Origin: Squalus acanthias
Taxonomy: Eukaryota
DNA: 64,000 nt
Assembly: GCA_030390025.1 (NCBI GenBank)
Contig: CM059448.1
Span: forward strand, 36,022,001-36,086,000
Reading direction: 5' to 3'
The notes beneath the pieces were generated by a model that saw only the letters and a list, made by a program, of their open reading frames with translations, was not told where the DNA came from and did not search any database. Made by a program: the position numbers and the translations under genes. This document shows, in pieces, positions 39,259 through 50,859 of the stretch (positions are counted from its first letter, which is position 1; each line of letters starts with the position of its first letter).

Positions 39259-40279
39259 CTGCGGTATAATTAATAATCCATGTGTCAGAATGCTCAACAA
39301 AACACTTCAGAGCAAACCTAGTTAACCAGAAATAATAGACGATAAAAGCATTACAACAGACCAGATGTCTTTTACAGTCAATGAACATGGACGGCATGTG
39401 TGTGGAATGCGGGTGGGGTAGGAGGAAGGTTTAGTAGGAGGGTCTCATCAACACACGCACGTACACACAAAACTATAAATGACAGAAGTTTTCAGCTCTA
39501 GAAAAGCTCCAGAGCAGCAAACTGCAAAAGCTGATCTCTAGGCAAAGTCTGACAAAGCTTCAGATAGCTCAACCAAGATGGCCTCCTCAATGCAGCATCC
39601 ACCTCCATGAAACCACTGTGCTGCTCACACAGTGGCAGTGTTGTCAGAGGTCGAGTTGGGGGCGGTATTTGGGGGAAACAAGTAGACCTTGGCCGCACCT
39701 ACCCACCTCAATTTACATATGGCGGGGCAGGAGGGTGATACTTCAGGCTAGCCGTTGTAACCGAGGATTAGTGCAACCTCTTTGGGGCAGGATTGTGGCC
39801 ATGAACCATACTGTCCAATTTTACTTGTTTCAGTGCCCAAAACCAGACCGTAAAAAAGAGGAAAATCCAGCTCCATCACTGCTAAAATGATTTAAGCAAA
39901 CTACAGTCTAACTTGAGAAGGGAGAAGAGACAAAAGCATTACGTCTCATTTGCATCACAGACAGTGAATGAGTGACACCATTTTAAGTCATCGAGTTCTG
40001 AATTTGCAAATGAAAATTTTGCTGAACACAGTTTCATGATTGTGCCAAGTCTTTAAATAGTCAGGCATGTGTTCTCCATCATATCGATCTCTAAACTATA
40101 TCCGACAGTAGTTGCCACAAAGGAAATAGTATTAAAGGGCATGCATTAGATTCAGGATGTTGGGTCTTCCCACAGGCCAAAGGAGAATGTGTAGAGGACA
40201 GAAGGTCCTTCAAAATAATGAACATCAGAAACCAGAGCAGTATAAATCTTAGAGTGACCTTGACTATCTCTAAGCATTA

Positions 40280-40498
40280 TGATGCGGAGATGCCGGCGTT
40301 GGACTGGGGTGGACAAAAATGAGAAGTCGCACAACACCAGGATATAGTCCAACAGATTTATTTAAAATTACAAGCTTTCGGAGCTGTCGCCCCTTCGTCA
40401 GGTAAAGTTACTACCTGACGAAGGGGTGACAGCTCCGAAAGCTTGTAATTTTAAATAAATCTGTTGGACTATAACCTGGTGTTGTGCGACTTCTCATT
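40280..40498. mobile_element. Fold-back Penelope-derived element with a hammerhead core on each strand
   Basis: 87-bp arms 40318-40404 / 40412-40498, 2 mismatches, 7-nt loop; each strand reads tac-CTGACGA-agggg..gctcc-GAAA-gctt-gta. Confidence 0.85.
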
Positions 40499-41089
40499 CT
40501 AGTGATTAGAGGACCTGCTGAGAACGCTGTCCACTCTATACACTGCTAACTCCAATCAGATGCGTTGCTTAAACGTAACATGTTTTCTAGTGAACGGTTT
40601 ATTAATCTGTAACAAGCATAAAGGGAGATATCGGTCGGTCACTTCGCAGTGCATCTCAGTCATCACCTGTCATTGTGTGTCATGCTACCTAGGGAACCGC
40701 CTGCAGAACGAGCAGTTTTAAAGCACGAGATACATGGACAAGGGATAACCGAGACCCGCGAATATGAGCCGTTATAACCAGACCAGTCAACATTGGGGGA
40801 AGTCCTGGGTGTGAGATTTTCAGCTGCAAGCTGCATATCTGAGGCGTCAACAAGTTAGGCCCGTCACAGCCCCAGGCAACAGTCAAGTGGCATTCATGTA
40901 TTCTCTCTTCCTGTTTCATTCTCTGTTCCCCATCTCTTTTTTTCCTCTTTCACTGTCTTGTTTCCTATATTCCTTTCTCTCCTTCAATCAACAACAAAAA
41001 AAACAACAACTGGTTTTGATCACCTGAGGGGGTCGGGGAGAAATTTTTCCCTTATTGGCCCTGGGTTTTTGCCTCTCCCCAGGAGATTA

Positions 41090-41383
41090 CAGTAAACTCT
41101 TGTTTAAACGGCACTTTATCATCCGGAATACTTTAACAACCGGCAAAATAGATATATCTCAATACAAAACAACACCTCAATAACCGGTAATCTTGCCGAT
41201 TCTACCATACATTTAACGGAACATTCTGTAGGTGAGTACCCAATTATACAGTACATTTCTTGATTTTTTATTTTTGTTTGTGTTAAAAATTGCCTTGGTA
41301 GGTATACCCCTCGGTTATCCAGAATTTTTCATCAACCGGCACCATCCTGGTCCCAGAGGTGCCGGATAAGAAAGAGTTTACTG
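41090..41383. mobile_element. Tc1/mariner (pogo/Tigger-like) MITE, nested in an older retroelement 3' end (~41020-41490)
   Basis: TIRs cagtaaactct / agagtttactg; TA TSD at 41088-41089 and 41384-41385. Confidence 0.85.
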
Positions 41384-43069
41384 TACATGGTTACAGGGGG
41401 GTATGAGGTGTCTAGTCATGATGCTCCAGCCATCATGAGTGTGGGGCAGGCTTAATGGCCAAGACAGTCTTTTCCTGCTCGTCAATTTCAAAAAAAAGAT
41501 TTGCAAGTGTCTCTTATTTTCACTAACGGGAGAGCGAGAGAGAGCTGGTGAAGGTGTTACAGAAGCAGTAAAAGCGACCAATTAAATCGATGCACTTTAT
41601 CGTTTTACACAGGACTTTCTCTATCATTGTGAATATTGGTAAAGCCCCAATAGTGGGGACGACCAGCACATGAGAGATCGCAGTAGTTGGTAGGCTTGCT
41701 CAATATTAAGGAATTCCACAATATACACTTGGCCTTGACTCTGCCCTGGAAAAGGGCAACTAAATCTGTCTAAAACTTCTAAACATGGTTGGAGTGCCAG
41801 AAAAAATATTAAGGCTTCCTCTTCCCCCTCTGTACATTTCCAGTAGTATCACTTGCGTGTAATTCCTCCCATCATGTTAGGTCATTTACTCAGATTCGAA
41901 TATATTCTGTTGGATGTTTTGTAGTCTACAGGCATTCATTCATAGTGGATGGGATTATAGCCCTCCAATGCAGCACCACTGCTCCCAGAATATCTGTATT
42001 CCCAGATCCTTCCCAAAGCTTTGGAAAATGGTTTCCAAGACTGGTAACCCAGGTCTTCATTTAATGTATGCAAGATTCTGACTCCAAGGTGAAAGATGAC
42101 ATCGACGGTCAGAGTTATGTGCTGAGATGTGAAAAACTTCACTATTTCAAGCACCCAGAATCATCATTAAGGACTCCCAGGTCAGGGATACAGTTGCATG
42201 CTCTGCTCCAGCATCGTGCTTTAACCCCAACTCCGAAGAACACCCCTACAGAACCATTTCCTACCAGCCATCCTATGGTCCTTCCTGGTGCCAATTTCGA
42301 GGCCATTTTGTGCTATGGTCTTATATCTGCAAGACACTGGGTTAGATTGCCCAACCCCTTGCCACATGGGACCCTTGCAGCCAGCAGGAAGAGGAGACTT
42401 TCATCCAATATGTCTATCTTTTATTTTTAAGATCTGTATTGCAAATAGAAGCAACAAACAGCAGTAATCCTGTGTTCTTTAAATCAAGAATAGTTCTTTG
42501 TTCAAGCAGTCTCAGAACAGTCTTTGCAATTTTTGTTGCTGGCCAAGAACAAGTCACACTTCCTAACTACTAAAATAATACAATTGTCATATGTCTTAAC
42601 ATACCATCATCCCCAGTGCATTGAGGGCTTTGAAAGGAGAATACGTTCTGCATTGTTCGACATATTTAATATAGAAACAGTAGCTAAATCACTAACCCAT
42701 CCAATCGGACTGCTGTTGGCAGCTAGTCTAGCCCAGCTGCGACTTTGCTGCTGCACTTCCACATTAACCGAGAAACGAACTAAAGAGCCAACTGTATATG
42801 CTACCACTGCTGGTTCATCTGTTGCTGCTTAGCCAAGGCCTGGGGAGGAACAGTGGACTGGAGGTAGATAGGAGTGCACAGGGGCCAGAGAGAAAATTGT
42901 TGGGATTTTAAGAGAGAGTTTCTCAGCAGAAGGAGCAAAAGCCACCGGCAGCAGCAGAGTACGGTCAGGAGCTACTGTGACAAATACATTTAGCATATTT
43001 ACTGTGGGCTGCTCGGAGTCTTGCTGCTGTCAGGCACTGGCACGAGCTCACAGCAATACCTACATTCAA

Positions 43070-43930
43070 AAAGGGAGGCAAATCTGATCTAGGAAGCTAT
43101 AGGCTTGTTAGTCTAATGTGTATACCAGGCAAAGGAATGGAAAGCATTCTAATGGTTAGGCTTGAGGAGCATTTGTGCAAAATTCAGATAGAAGAGATGT
43201 TTTGAGGACATTACAGATAAAGACAATGGAAATGCCTATGATATAACTTACTCGTACTATTAGAAGACTTAGAAGGTTCCTTGTGAAACGCTTCCAAATA
43301 AGCTGAACTCCAAGGAAATCTAGGTAAGAGTATTAGACTGGACACAACAACTTACAATTATATAGCACCTTTAATGTAATAAAACATTCCAAGGCGCTTC
43401 ACAGGAGCGCAATAAGACAAAGATTTTGACAGAGCCAGAGATATTAGGGCGGATAACCAAAAGCTTGGTCAAACATATAGTTTTTAAGGAATGTCTTAAA
43501 GGCAGAGAGAGAGGCAGAGAGGTGGAGAGATTTAGGGAGGGAATTCCAGAGCTTAGTACCGAGGCAGCTGAAGGCACCGCTGCCAATGGTGGAGCGATGA
43601 AAATTGGGGATGCGCAAGAGGCCAGAATTGGAGGAGCGCAGAGATCTAAGGGTCGTAGGGCTGGAGGAGATGAGAGATATGGATTTAAAAACAAAGAATT
43701 TTAAAATCGAGGCGTCGACTGACTGAGAGCCAATGTAGGTCAGCGAGCACAGGGGTGATGGTTGAACGGGACTTGGTTCAAGTTGGCTAAAGCACTTTAA
43801 ACAGAGTATTTGTGGTGCTTTATTGGAATGGTGGGAGGTGTTGAATGCTGAGCTGCAAGGGCCACGTCTTGGACCTGTGATGCTTCCTATTTACATATTT
43901 TACCTGGGTTCTGAAACCAACTGCAAGATC
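43070..43930 (+). mobile_element. Old CR1 RT fragment interrupted by a minus-strand L2 3' end (~43345-43780)
   Basis: PTFKKGGKSDLGSYRLVSL-like translation before the L2; CR1-like sequence resumes after it. Confidence 0.7.
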
Positions 43931-44054
43931 AGAGGTGACCCATGTCCAACAGCCAGCTCCATGTACTTCGTGCTAAATCAGGCTCCTTTACCCCAGTGAG
44001 AGACTCTCAGACCCACTAAAAACTGGATTTACAAGTCCGCTGCCAGGATACCAG

Positions 44055-44213
44055 TCCAAAGATGTGCGGGTTAGGTTGATTTGGCTATGATAAATTGACC
44101 CTTAGTGTTAGGAGGATTAAATACGTGGGGTTACGGGGATAGGGTGGGATATGTGTCGGTGCAGGCTCGATGGGCCGAAATGGCCTCTATCTGCACTGTG
44201 GGGATTCTGTGAT
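44055..44213 (+). mobile_element. HE1-like V-SINE 3' portion
   Basis: gtccaaagatgtgcgggttagg..taaattgacccttagtgt..gatgggccgaaatggcct..ctgcactgt. Confidence 0.75.
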
Positions 44214-47200
44214 AAGGGAGCCAGATTTAGCAGTGCAAGCACTTGGAAGCCTGCTCATAGTTGCAAATCATCCACAGGTAAACTTAGCCAGCACCAGTAG
44301 CTTCAAATTAGTAAATCAAGGTGTAGTTAAGTATTTGCATTAGGATTTCAATTATTTATTAAAAGCAGCAGACAGCTGAAATTCAAGTTGCAGTGAGAGT
44401 ATACGATTGGTCTTAGCATCCTCAGACCTAAAGTGGGAGTAGGGCAAGGTTCTCGCCCATGATTGCCATTCAGCAATCGCTGTTGGAACTGGGGTTGCCA
44501 TCGATGTTAGGCTCAGCTATGGTACCCTTCGTAGGCAAGTTGCCATCCAGCCATCGCTGTCCAAATTCACACACAAACAGCACAGCCACTTGGACGAGGT
44601 ACTGGAGGGCCATCAACATCCTTGGAACTGTACCCCAATTTCCATAGGCAAGACTAGACATGTTTTGCAACCATTAAGGAGGAGTATCACAGCCAAATCT
44701 GATGCCCACATGCACACACTTTCCAGAAGGGGTCACTACATGGTGACAAGTAATGGGAATTCTGGTTGATTTTCCCTTTTCTGCTAATCCTTCAGACAAA
44801 ATCAATGCCACCAGGAGAATGGTCTAAAGGAAAGCACACTGTAAAGCCGTTCAAAGTAGGATCTTTGGGTACTGATCATTTGGCTGTACAGTTACATTTA
44901 TCAGACCTACGCTTGTTTTCCTCTACAACCTAGCAATTGTTACTTTTATGGATTATGAAACAAAACACATTGTTTATCTGCTTACAATACCACTGCAAGC
45001 TAGATTTTTAGACAGAGCCTGAAAGTTGGAGTCTGCTGCAGATAATTGAACAGGTGAGCCATTACTCACCATGACATCATTAAATGGAGAATGGATCAAT
45101 ATCAACAGCTTCATACAAAATGTTCCTACTACTACAGTAGTAAAGGGTGACCGATGTCTCCAATAAAACTGACATTTTCTACGCTGAAAATTTATTCGCT
45201 GGCCTGCATTAAAACAAGCAGCTTCAGCTCTATAAAGTCTGCTGCCGCCCGACTATAACCTGCTTGCCATTGCACCACATGCCCAAATCCAAAGCATAAA
45301 TCAATAGCATTCGTGGGTCGTCACCACTCCTGCACTTAAAGCAAGTCTATTAAACTCTTACTTATATACAGCCACAGTTAGTGTCAGCACTGTTCCTTAG
45401 TGATGGGGGCTGTCTTCCCGGACAAATGCCCATCATCCACACTACAATTACTAGACCTTCTGCAAACAGAGAATACTTGCCAAGCAATTTTCCTGACCTG
45501 GAACCTAATCTTCACCTTCTGGTCTCTAAGGTTCAATGCCACAGTGGGCAGCATCTTAACCCACTGTGCTATCTGAAGTCTAGCCTGTACATAATATAAC
45601 AAACCATGGAATGGAACGGGTTTGGTTCATGGAAACCAATTGCCTCCTGTACACCATGCACAACTACTGTCATAACCTAACCCAATCCAAAGATTGCCGA
45701 GGAACACAATTTAAACTCAGCAAAACTTTCAAAAGCTAAAACAAATTTGCTCCAAATATTCTGGCCAAGTGCTCAATGACACACAAGTATTGCATAACTC
45801 ATGAACCACATCTGCCTAAATGTATCCCTATAACCTTCAATTCTATTTGCCAATAATCTTTTTAACGCTGTGTTTATGGAATTCTTGAAAATATCAATCA
45901 GACCCTACTTAACCACTCAATGCTTAAAGGACTCTCAGATGTATCTCATTTAGTCCAGTTTCCCAACAGACATTTAATACTGTTTGCAACACAAGTATAT
46001 TTAACCTGCACATCCATTTTATACATTTCCGAGCCTGTTTCAGAGTCTGGAACCTGTCCACCGTCATCAATGGTGAAGACTGGTGAATTTAAAGACGGCA
46101 GTTCTACCATACACCTCCCTCAGTTTCCTTTCCTCCTGCCCAGATTTCAAACCCAGCTTCGTATCATGTGATCTCTATTTCCTAAATTGCTAATCTTGGG
46201 CTCTGCTCGTTTCAACATTAATGGTGTCTACCACTACGGATCTTGTTCTTCACCTACATTTCTTGATAATTTCATTAAAAGGAAGACATATCTTGAAGAT
46301 TATTCTTCATCTTTTAAATGATATGCATCCTCCACACACCACATTAGGTAGGCTGAGCTTGACAGGTTCTCAAGAAACAGGTGATTTTTGTACCCATAAA
46401 AATGTTGTCACAATTTCAGATTTGATAGTTCCTCCATGTGGTCTCCTACTCCCATTCTGATCAAGCCCCAAAAAACAATTCTAGTTTATTATGACCTGAA
46501 GCTAAAGTAAAACGAAGTGATCCCAAAAATATATAGAAAACTCTCACTGCGTGAATGGTGGATTGGATTGAGAGTATACCAAAGTAATACAGATTCACGA
46601 GTAGGGGAGGGCCCTGCAAAGGAGCCAAAACATCAGCTATCATGATGAATCTGCCAAAGACAATTAGTATTCAAATCTAGACACTAAGGTTTGGTAAACA
46701 CATGTGGAAGCTTTCCTCCTATTTCCTCAAATAATTTTATTTTGTTATTAAGTTGCCCAAATTTTAAATGCTTTCTCATGTCAAGGCAAAATAACAAAAT
46801 GTATGTTGTTTTGCAGGTTGCCCAGGATGTGGAGATACATAGGTTGAGGATTCTATTTAGCCACATTCTTTACACTCTAGGCAGAATCAGGAACTTTGCT
46901 AGTCAGGATACTTGAGGAACACAGCGAAGAGATGGAATGGGGAATGAGGGGACACTGGGTGCTGAGTTAGGGCAGTGCCTGTTGACAGTGAGAGCATGGT
47001 GGGATGTGTCCATGAAGAGGTCAGCTTAGGATTCCCATTGAATGTCAAGGCTTGGGGTGGTTGCAGGATAGGTCTGCAGGAAATAGGTCAATTCCTCCCA
47101 CTGTTTTCCTAGTTCCAGGTTCTATATCCCACAGGTTCTTGGTCCACATGTTTGTTAAGTGGGGGGGGGGGGGGGCGGTGCGGGTAGGGAGAGAAATAAG

Positions 47201-47392
47201 GTTGCACCATACTGGAGAATTAACTTTTTCCCCACTTGGAGCAACGGCAGGCAAGCATCTAAAAAGGACTTTCCTTGCCCACTGTCAGTAGACAAGAGTC
47301 AGTAGTCAACTTATGGCTTATTCAGTTATGGCTTTGGTGGCCTCCAGCAAGTCTGAAGATACATGGCATTATAACACCAAGCAATACACAAT

Positions 47393-47921
47393 GGGGGGAA
47401 AATTCAGTTGCAGCGCCCCAATTGCAAACTTGGCTCCCGCCTCCTGACCTACTGGCGGACGCTATGTCTGACAGGGTCAGGGTGGCATTTTTACGGCCAG
47501 GGCGGCGATAATTAAAGGGCAGGTGCCGCGCGGACATTTTTTTTTGGGCCGCCTGCCAGCACCTGCCCCCCTCCTGCGGGGTGCTGGCCGCGATCCGTCC
47601 TTGAGTGCCGGGCTCTTTTGCCGGCACCCCGCTCCCCGGTGGTCCACCAGGGCCCCGGTGCGCGCTGCCCTATGGCCCTCCCTTTTAATCAGGGGAGGGA
47701 GGTCTACAGTACCGCGGTGCTATGAGCCGGCACGCGTAGCGCTGCTGCATGTAGCGCCGCAATAATCAATGGGAGCGCCCCAAGAGGGAGGGGGAGCACT
47801 TCCAGCAGCACCCCGCCTCCTGCTTGGAGCGCTACTATTGAATTTCAGGCGCAGGGGTGCTAACTTTTTCGGGGCGCTGCGAAGTTATCGCTCCAAAGGG
47901 GGCGCGAGCCAATTTCCCCCC
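47393..47921. mobile_element. GC-rich Harbinger-like MITE (529 bp)
   Basis: TIRs ggggggaaaatt / aatttcccccc; 3-bp TSD AAT (47390-47392, 47922-47924). Confidence 0.8.
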
Positions 47922-49849
47922 AATTTATTGTTGCAAATATGTGGGGGGGGGGGGGGGTGCAGAAGATTGAACCCAGATTGACATTGGTCCCTTTCAAACA
48001 ATCAGGACCCAATCTTTTACCACGGTACCTACCCCCCTCATCAGCCTTCCACCCGACCCATCCACAGCCCATTTTGGATCCTCAGGCAGCCCCCTCTACT
48101 ACTTTCCCCACTGTTTGCCAGTTCCTGTCTTCATGCTCTTGCTTTAAAGCATTTAAATAAAAATTTCAGCTTCTTAAAATTAAGTCAGTCACAGGCACAA
48201 TATCTTGGTATGCATTCCTGGCGTGCAGCAGGGGGGCAACATTGAAAGAGTTTGCTGACTTATACAGACTTTAATAAATCTAAATTTCTATAAACAAACA
48301 AAGCTTCATGGTAAAATAATCAGAAGTTCAATGCTTAGATAGTTTCCAAGTTTTAATCCTTCAGCCTCAAAAATGGTTCTGTAGTTTTTGTAAACTGAAT
48401 TTTAACAGCAATAAACAAATCCATTCTCTATAAACAGGACATTTTCTTTTATAAACATCAAGAAGCCTTGATAATAGGTGTTGCTCTTCACAAGTGTTGT
48501 ATGTGGGTCTCTGAGTAAGTCATAACAAAAGCACAATGGTCAATATATTTATATCAATATCGCCTGAATAAAAGCTTTGAGAATCTAATCTCTAGTTTCT
48601 TTCAAAGACTTTTGGAAAAAGCAAAGACAATCTTAAATCATTAGAATGAGAAGATACAGCTTTCAACTCCTGTAAGTGCACAGATTGCGCACACTGTACA
48701 TGCTCGGAATATGCAGATTGCATGCCAGGAAATTCTGGAAACCACGTACAATTAGAATATGCAAACTTGATTAAAATTGTCCAGTCGAGGCCCAGGTTTC
48801 GGAGACAGACTGAGGCCTTGCAGTAAAAAAATTTAAAGCAGGTATTAAAAGAGGCAAAAGACTATTCAATAGGGGTGAACAACATTTTTTCGATCTGAAG
48901 CATCTGTGGGGAAACTATTAAAAAAGAGCCATCAAATGGCCTGAGATGTAACAATACTGACAGATCAGTGTTCGCATTTAACATTAGAATTTCCATAAGA
49001 GCCCCATTTAATGGCATGGCAGGTAGTCACAGCTAAGAAGTGCAAGAGTTAAGTGTTGATATTTGAGTATTCCCACTGAAAATATTTACGCTGCAGGTTT
49101 CAATAGAGCACTCGCCCAATACAGGTTTTTTTTTTAATGAGTTGGTACAGAATAGACATATTAGCAAATCTCCAATTTAATTGTTCCCAGGAATCACACT
49201 GTTTTATAAAGACAGGAATCTTATACTGTGTAAAAGACAATATATTCTTCTTCTGTTTAAGTGCAGGTGTATGTCCCTTTAAAACCAAGAAGCTGAATTT
49301 CTGTTAAGTAAACATGGAGTTCAAACAGATGTAAATCGGTGGCTGCTGATATTCTGGCTCCAGTATTTTGTTTCCCTGGAGAGTTCCTTTGTTTTTTATA
49401 CAAATAGTGCGGCACAGAAATTTGAATGTGACTCGAAGTGTGACAGAGAAATGTGAACAGGAAATGTGAGGTAAATATACCATTAAATAATTTGATAGTT
49501 CTAGACGCAATAGACATGCAAATTAATTTGTTCCGTGCAGGCGATTTACTCTACTACTCTGTGGAGCCCTGACTTGTACACTTCTCTATGTATTAACATA
49601 ATGGGAGCCAAGGAATCATTGCTGCACAGTCACTTCACTTTGATGCCAAAGGAATAGTATGGTGAAAAATCAATTAAACAATTTCTTTCTCATTGCATTC
49701 GCCATTTGGAAATGTGTTTTCAACTTTCTCGCCTCCTTCCCTGAAGGGAAGTGTGAGCACACTATTCACCAAAGTCAAGTCCAAACTTGTTCTCGCCTAG
49801 TCCAGGGGTCATGGACGAATGGGCGAGAACCACACTGATCCACACCCTT

Positions 49850-50432
49850 CCCAGATTGGAGATGCTGAAGTCCGCTCTAGCGTGAACATTCCTGACTCCC
49901 CAAAGCCTCTCCACCATCTACAAGGCACAAGTAAGGAGTGTGATGGAATACTCTCCACTTGCCTGGATGAGTGCAGCTCCAACAACACTCAAAGCTCGAC
50001 ACCATCCAGAACAAAGGTGTCCACTTGATTAGCACCCCATCCACCACCTCAAACATTCACTCCCTCCACCACTGGAACACCGTGGCTGCAGTGTGTACCA
50101 TCTACAAATGCAATGCAGCAACTCACCCAGGCTTCTGTAACAGAACCTCCCAAACCCGCGACCTTGACTGCCTAAAAGGACAAGGGTGCATCGGAACACC
50201 ACCACCTCCAAGTTCCTATCCAAGTCACACACCATCCTGACTTGGAAATATATCACCGTTCCTTCATCGTCGCTGGGTCAAAATCCTAGAACTCCCTCCC
50301 GAATAGCACTGTGGAGTACCTTGTAGCGGTTCAAGGCAGTGGCTCACCACTACCTTCTCAAGGGTAATCAGGGATGGGCACTAAATGATGGCCTTGCCAG
50401 CGACATCCACATCCCACGAATGAATAAAAAAA
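49850..50432 (+). mobile_element. Non-LTR retrotransposon 3' fragment (CR1/Jockey group)
   Basis: Frameshifted IYKAQVRSVMEYSPLAWMSAAPTTLK.LDTIQ RT C-terminus; ends gaatgaataaaaaa. Confidence 0.8.
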
Positions 50433-50716
50433 TCTAAATTAGGTGCAGTCGTCCTCAATATACAGCACAAAACTGGTCTTCCAATTACTGACTGGACTCA
50501 GCATAAACATCAAGATCAAGGCAAGAGTGAATCCAATGAGAGATTAGTCCAAGGGTGGTGGTTGAGGCATATTATTGGTTCAGCATTTCTGAATATCGTA
50601 TGAACTAATGATGCCGTCACTAGTTGCAATGATTTTTCTTCCCTTACCACCACCCTTGACCTTAAGCAGTACACATTAAACAAAGTAACACTGAATAAAC
50701 TGAAGATATGACTTAC

Positions 50717-50859
50717 ACTTGGATGTCCGTCTCGAAGCAGCTTATGAAATACATGGCAAAATTTCCAGCAAAGGACTGCGTTACTGGACAGCGGCAACCG
50801 GTTCACTACCGACCAGAACGTGTGAGCGCCTTTCTCATGGTGCGTACCCAGAATACACG
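50717..50859 (-). CDS. HIP1: HIP1 exon 3 ((T)CILGTHHEKGAHTFWSVVNRLPLSSNAVLCWKFCHVFHKLLRDGHPS)
   Basis: 143 nt; AC acceptor, GTAAGT donor; near-identical to the HIP1 ANTH sequence including HKLLRDGHP. Confidence 0.97.

Noticed and set aside
47393-47921. CpG-island-like promoter
   Set aside because: GC richness is confined to a MITE bounded by TIRs and a TSD
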